Shown here: in pieces, positions 62,729-64,000 of the stretch
Position numbering within the stretch: the stretch's first letter is position 1
Layout of the letters: each line of letters starts with the position of its first letter
NCBI GenBank assembly: GCA_951406725.2
Contig: OX597832.1
Span: 5,890,001-5,954,000, forward strand
Origin: Octopus vulgaris
Taxonomy: Eukaryota
Length of the DNA stretch: 64,000 bases
Direction of reading: 5' to 3'
Notes under the pieces: generated by a model
The model's database searches: none
Told to the model about the DNA's origin: nothing
The model's input: the letters and a program-made list of their open reading frames with translations, nothing else
Position numbers and translations under genes: made by a program

Positions 62729-62940
62729 TTGTGTGTCTGTGTTTGTCCCCCTAGCATTGCTTGACAACCGATGCTGGTGTGTTTACGTCCCCGTCACTTA
62801 GCGGTTCGGCAAAAGATACCGATATAATAAGTACTGGGCTTACAAAGAATAAGTCCCGGGGTCGATTTGATCGACTAAAGGCGGTGCTCCAGCAAGGCCG
62901 CAGTCAAATGACTGAAACAAGTAAAAGAGTAAAAGAGTAA
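62489..62940 (+). mobile_element. Full-length tRNA-derived SINE, family B (CORE-like central domain, internal microsatellite)
   Basis: Head GGCGCAGGAGTGGCTGTGTGGTAAG...GGGTTCAGTCCC; tail CAAATGACTGAAACAAGTAAAAGAG. Related copies at ~2880-3075, 8815-9125, 25937-26300, 32549-32892, 49210-49347 and 63340-63455(-). Confidence 0.85.
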
Positions 62941-63030
62941 TATTATTATATTTTTTTTACTTTTCGTTTGATTTCCATTTTATTTGATTTTCTGGCGTGT
63001 TCTCAACCAAACACCTAAAGTACGCATTCA

Positions 63031-63302
63031 TTAGAGGGAGAGAAACTTCCTGAGAAGATGGGCGGTTGATGTCACCACAATTTTTTGAACTTCGTAGATT
63101 GTTGGTTTCCCTGGGACCTGGTCAAATATTCTGTCGGTACCTTTCTTGACTATTTGCAGGGTACCCACAGCAACAAGGATGGTTTCGATTTTTAATTGCC
63201 ACATCCTAAATATCTCATTCTCAAGATCCTTGCATTTCGATAGTTCCTTTAATTCTTTTGCAGAGATATTTCTATCAGAAGGCACCGCCATATCAAATAA
63301 CA
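63031..63302 (-). mobile_element. RLE-LINE extreme C-terminus
   Basis: LLFDMAVPSDRNISAKE..ELSKCKDLENEI.RMWQLK...VGTL...EVQKIVVTSTAHLLRKFLSL*. Confidence 0.82.
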
Positions 63303-64000
63303 GGCGCGCGCGCACACACACACACACACACAAATATTCACACCATACAAACATATTTACATATATACGGCAGGCTTCTTTCAGTTTCCGTCTACCAAAT
63401 CCATTCGCAACATGTATTTGGGAAGCAAGATTCTTACCACACAGCCACGCCTGCGATCATATTAACTAATTAGTAAATTTAATTCTATTGATCTAGATCT
63501 ACATAGATATAGTGGAGTAACAGAAAAAGCCATTAAATACAAGGCTGAGAGAAGACTTTGCTAACCTTTCCAAAAACTTTGACCTTAAAGGTGCTAACCG
63601 TAATACACTTCACTTAATGGAGGGCAACCTCAATTTAGTTTCAGCTGCATTTGGCCTCTCTTGAAGACCCAACGAATTTACATGGTATATTTACACTGGT
63701 TCTACTTACACCCCTGTTCTTTTCAGAAATTTATCTGGTAATATGAGCAAGGAGATTTCCTGATTATCTTGTGATGAAGAGATATTTAATCGCGTAGCAG
63801 CGTCTTAAAATGAGACTCTTAATAATAATGGCTTCCCGGAAAAAAAAAATTTAATACTCTCTAAGGCAGAGTATTATTGAAAAAGATAAATGATGTGGTA
63901 CAATCAAGCATTTAGTTTTAATGTCAGTTGAAATGATACCTGTTCTTTCCTGAACTTAATTTAAAATATTCCTTCTGTCGAAAAGGTGTACTAAATTTTC

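Overview
This is AT-rich, microsatellite-dense animal genomic DNA. The SINE families look like those of octopus or another coleoid cephalopod (inference). One ~50.6 kb protein-coding gene lies on the minus strand: an SLC22 (MFS organic cation/anion transporter-like) gene. I could reconstruct 9 GT-AG, phase-compatible coding exons plus a probable tenth (ATG at 56436, about 548 aa). The rest is intronic or intergenic DNA filled with tRNA-derived SINEs, mariner/Tc1 remnants, a TIR element in the putative promoter, and LINE fragments (RLE/R4-Dong-like, RTE, L1/Tx1-like). A Penelope-like (Naiad-like) GIY-YIG element that the ORF track misses lies at the window start. The most notable hidden signal is a set of minimal type I hammerhead ribozyme motifs. 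One sits in the 3' UTR of an RLE-type retroelement that also carries a tRNA-like Pol III module and an inverted partial duplication, in the sense orientation ~180 nt upstream of exon 5. Several long inverted repeats and hairpins were also found. Repeat boundaries are approximate and were read by eye.
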